Assembly (NCBI GenBank): GCA_018266055.1
Contig: JAFDYT010000004.1
Coordinates: 112,893-176,892, forward strand
Direction: 5' to 3'
DNA from: Bacteroidota bacterium
Lineage (GTDB): Bacteria; Bacteroidota; Bacteroidia; Cytophagales; Cyclobacteriaceae
DNA length: 64,000 nt
Below are positions 62,940-64,000 of the stretch, piece after piece (the first letter of the stretch is position 1; each line of letters starts with the position of its first letter). The notes under the pieces were generated by a model that had not been told where the DNA came from, searched no databases, and was given only the letters and a program-made list of their open reading frames with translations. The position numbers and the translations under genes are program-made.

Positions 62940-64000
62940 TTACTTGAAGCTGTGCTGCGTCATGTTGCCGATACTTGCCAAGATGCGCGCGAATTCGTGT
63001 TCGACCGACGTCTGGCTTTCGACGACTGAGTTCACTTCGTAGTGGAAGCTGTCCTTGTTGAAGTGTAAGTTGACCGTCACGCTTTGTGGCGCCGATCCAA
63101 CTCGCACGGCCGCGTCTTTAAGGTGGCCCGTTGCGCCTGTCGCATGTCCGGTGCCGCCCGACGATAAAGTCGGCGTGACCGTTTCGTTGCCCTTCTGCAC
63201 GTTGCCGAAGCCCTTGTTCAGTTCTTCCAATTTCTTCTTCGCCTCCGCTTCGCGCTTCTCGCGCAATAACTTCGACTTGGTGTTGTTGAATACTTCGTCG
63301 GCGCCCGTCCCTTTGAAGATGTCGCCCGTCACGGTTTCGTAAATCAATCTTTGCGGTATCGTGGCAGACAATAAAAGACCCTTGCCGGCAAGCTTGGCCG
63401 CCTCACCGTAGTCACCGCGTTTGAAAGCGTCGATCGCTTCGAAGAACGGCTTGAAAGTGTCGGTGAAAAATTTCGCGATGTTCGACAACACCTTCGGGAT
63501 GAATGTGCCGAGGTTGGTGAATGCGTACTTGGCCGCCTCCCAAAATGCAAGTATGCCCTCTTTGAAACCCTCGATCTCGTTCCACGCGTAGACGAACGCG
63601 CCGACCAATGCGCCGATCGCGACGATGACGATGCCGATCGGGTTGGCGGTCAATGCCGCGTTAAGAAGCCACTGCGCCGCCGTCACTATTTTCGTGACTG
63701 CCGCGACCGCGAGCGACGCTGTCTGAAACGCGACGTAAGCGCCGAGCACCGAATAGACGATGACTTTGTATTCCGACAAAACGTCGGCGACGAACTTGAT
63801 ACTGTCGGCGACAAGCTTCGCGGCCGGCACCACGTAAGTGTTCAACGCGTTGGCGAAATTTTGAGCGACCGTCGCGCCGTTTAATCCCTCTTTTGTCCAA
63901 AGCCCGAAGGCGATTCCCAATTCGTTGATCGCATCGCCTATCGGGGACAGCGCCGTGAAAAGGTTCCCAAAAGCCTCCTTGACCGGTTGGATGTTGTCGA
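62940..64000 (-). CDS. Tail tape measure protein, C-terminal part (5' end beyond the window)
   Basis: The frame stays open upstream of the track TTG start at 63920, all the way to position 64000 (DNIQPVKEAFGNLFTALSPIGDAINELGIAFG). Long hydrophobic/Ala/Gly helices (IVYSVLGAYVAFQTASLAVAAVTKIV...IGIVIVAIGALVGAFVYAW) are typical of tape measures. Confidence 0.65.
   Translation of the reverse strand, partial: DNIQPVKEAFGNLFTALSPIGDAINELGIAFGLWTKEGLNGATVAQNFANALNTYVVPAAKLVADSIKFVADVLSEYKVIVYSVLGAYVAFQTASLAVAAVTKIVTAAQWLLNAALTANPIGIVIVAIGALVGAFVYAWNEIEGFKEGILAFWEAAKYAFTNLGTFIPKVLSNIAKFFTDTFKPFFEAIDAFKRGDYGEAAKLAGKGLLLSATIPQRLIYETVTGDIFKGTGADEVFNNTKSKLLREKREAEAKKKLEELNKGFGNVQKGNETVTPTLSSGGTGHATGATGHLKDAAVRVGSAPQSVTVNLHFNKDSFHYEVNSVVESQTSVEHEFARILASIGNMTQHSFK

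Larger units (their letters stand above)
38418..64000. mobile_element. Integrated myovirus-like prophage. The left boundary lies between about 38222 and 38418. The right part lies beyond the window.
   Basis: GC steps from about 35-40% to about 53-60% in sampled 60-nt lines. The region carries an integrase, Xis-like HTH protein, TerL, VirE-type primase-helicase, tape measure, baseplate and fibre genes. Confidence 0.85.

Noticed and set aside
1-64000. CRISPR arrays, tRNA, rRNA, transposase/IS elements
   Set aside because: Reading through both strands, I saw no regularly spaced repeat arrays, cloverleaf-like sequences, rRNA-like stretches or transposase ORFs. A tRNA at the prophage junction (38.0-38.4 kb) was looked for specifically and not found.

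Overview
The window reads as a Bacteroidota-type chromosome segment with three parts. No homology search was possible. Family calls rest on motifs I could read in the supplied translations, and GC values come from a few hand-counted 60-nt lines.

(1) 1-36.7 kb, about 35-42% GC in sampled lines, is a dense heavy-metal and sulfur-stress island.
- A Cus-like RND operon has two adaptors and a frameshifted pump gene. It continues directly into a cytochrome c lipoprotein, a small beta-barrel, a Tat peptide, an NrfC/NrfD-like FeS and membrane pair, and a secreted protein.
- A second CzcA-CzcC-CzcB operon plus a Zn/Cd-type P1B ATPase follows a DUF1111-like di-haem protein, a Rieske protein, a beta-barrel and a Cys-rich peptide. 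The di-haem gene has an in-frame TGA exactly at a haem-binding Cys.
- The island also carries CopA and CopZ, a DtxR-like repressor, two AraC regulators with an N-terminal HMA-like CxxC domain, and an ArsR-rhodanese / rhodanese-MBL / MFS / DsrE cluster behind a perfect 24-bp palindrome.

(2) 36.7-38.4 kb is a junction. Two tyrosine recombinase genes diverge from a repeat-rich spacer, and GC content steps up at this point.

(3) 38.4-64 kb, about 53-60% GC with lower-GC patches, is the left part of a myovirus-like prophage that runs off the window.
- The + strand carries integrase, an Xis-like HTH protein, an isolated TerL unit, a VirE/primase-helicase gene and many small genes.
- The - strand carries the tail module: tape measure, hub, spike, baseplate and several fibres, including a LysM-SprB-repeat protein.

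I saw no rRNA, tRNA or CRISPR array.
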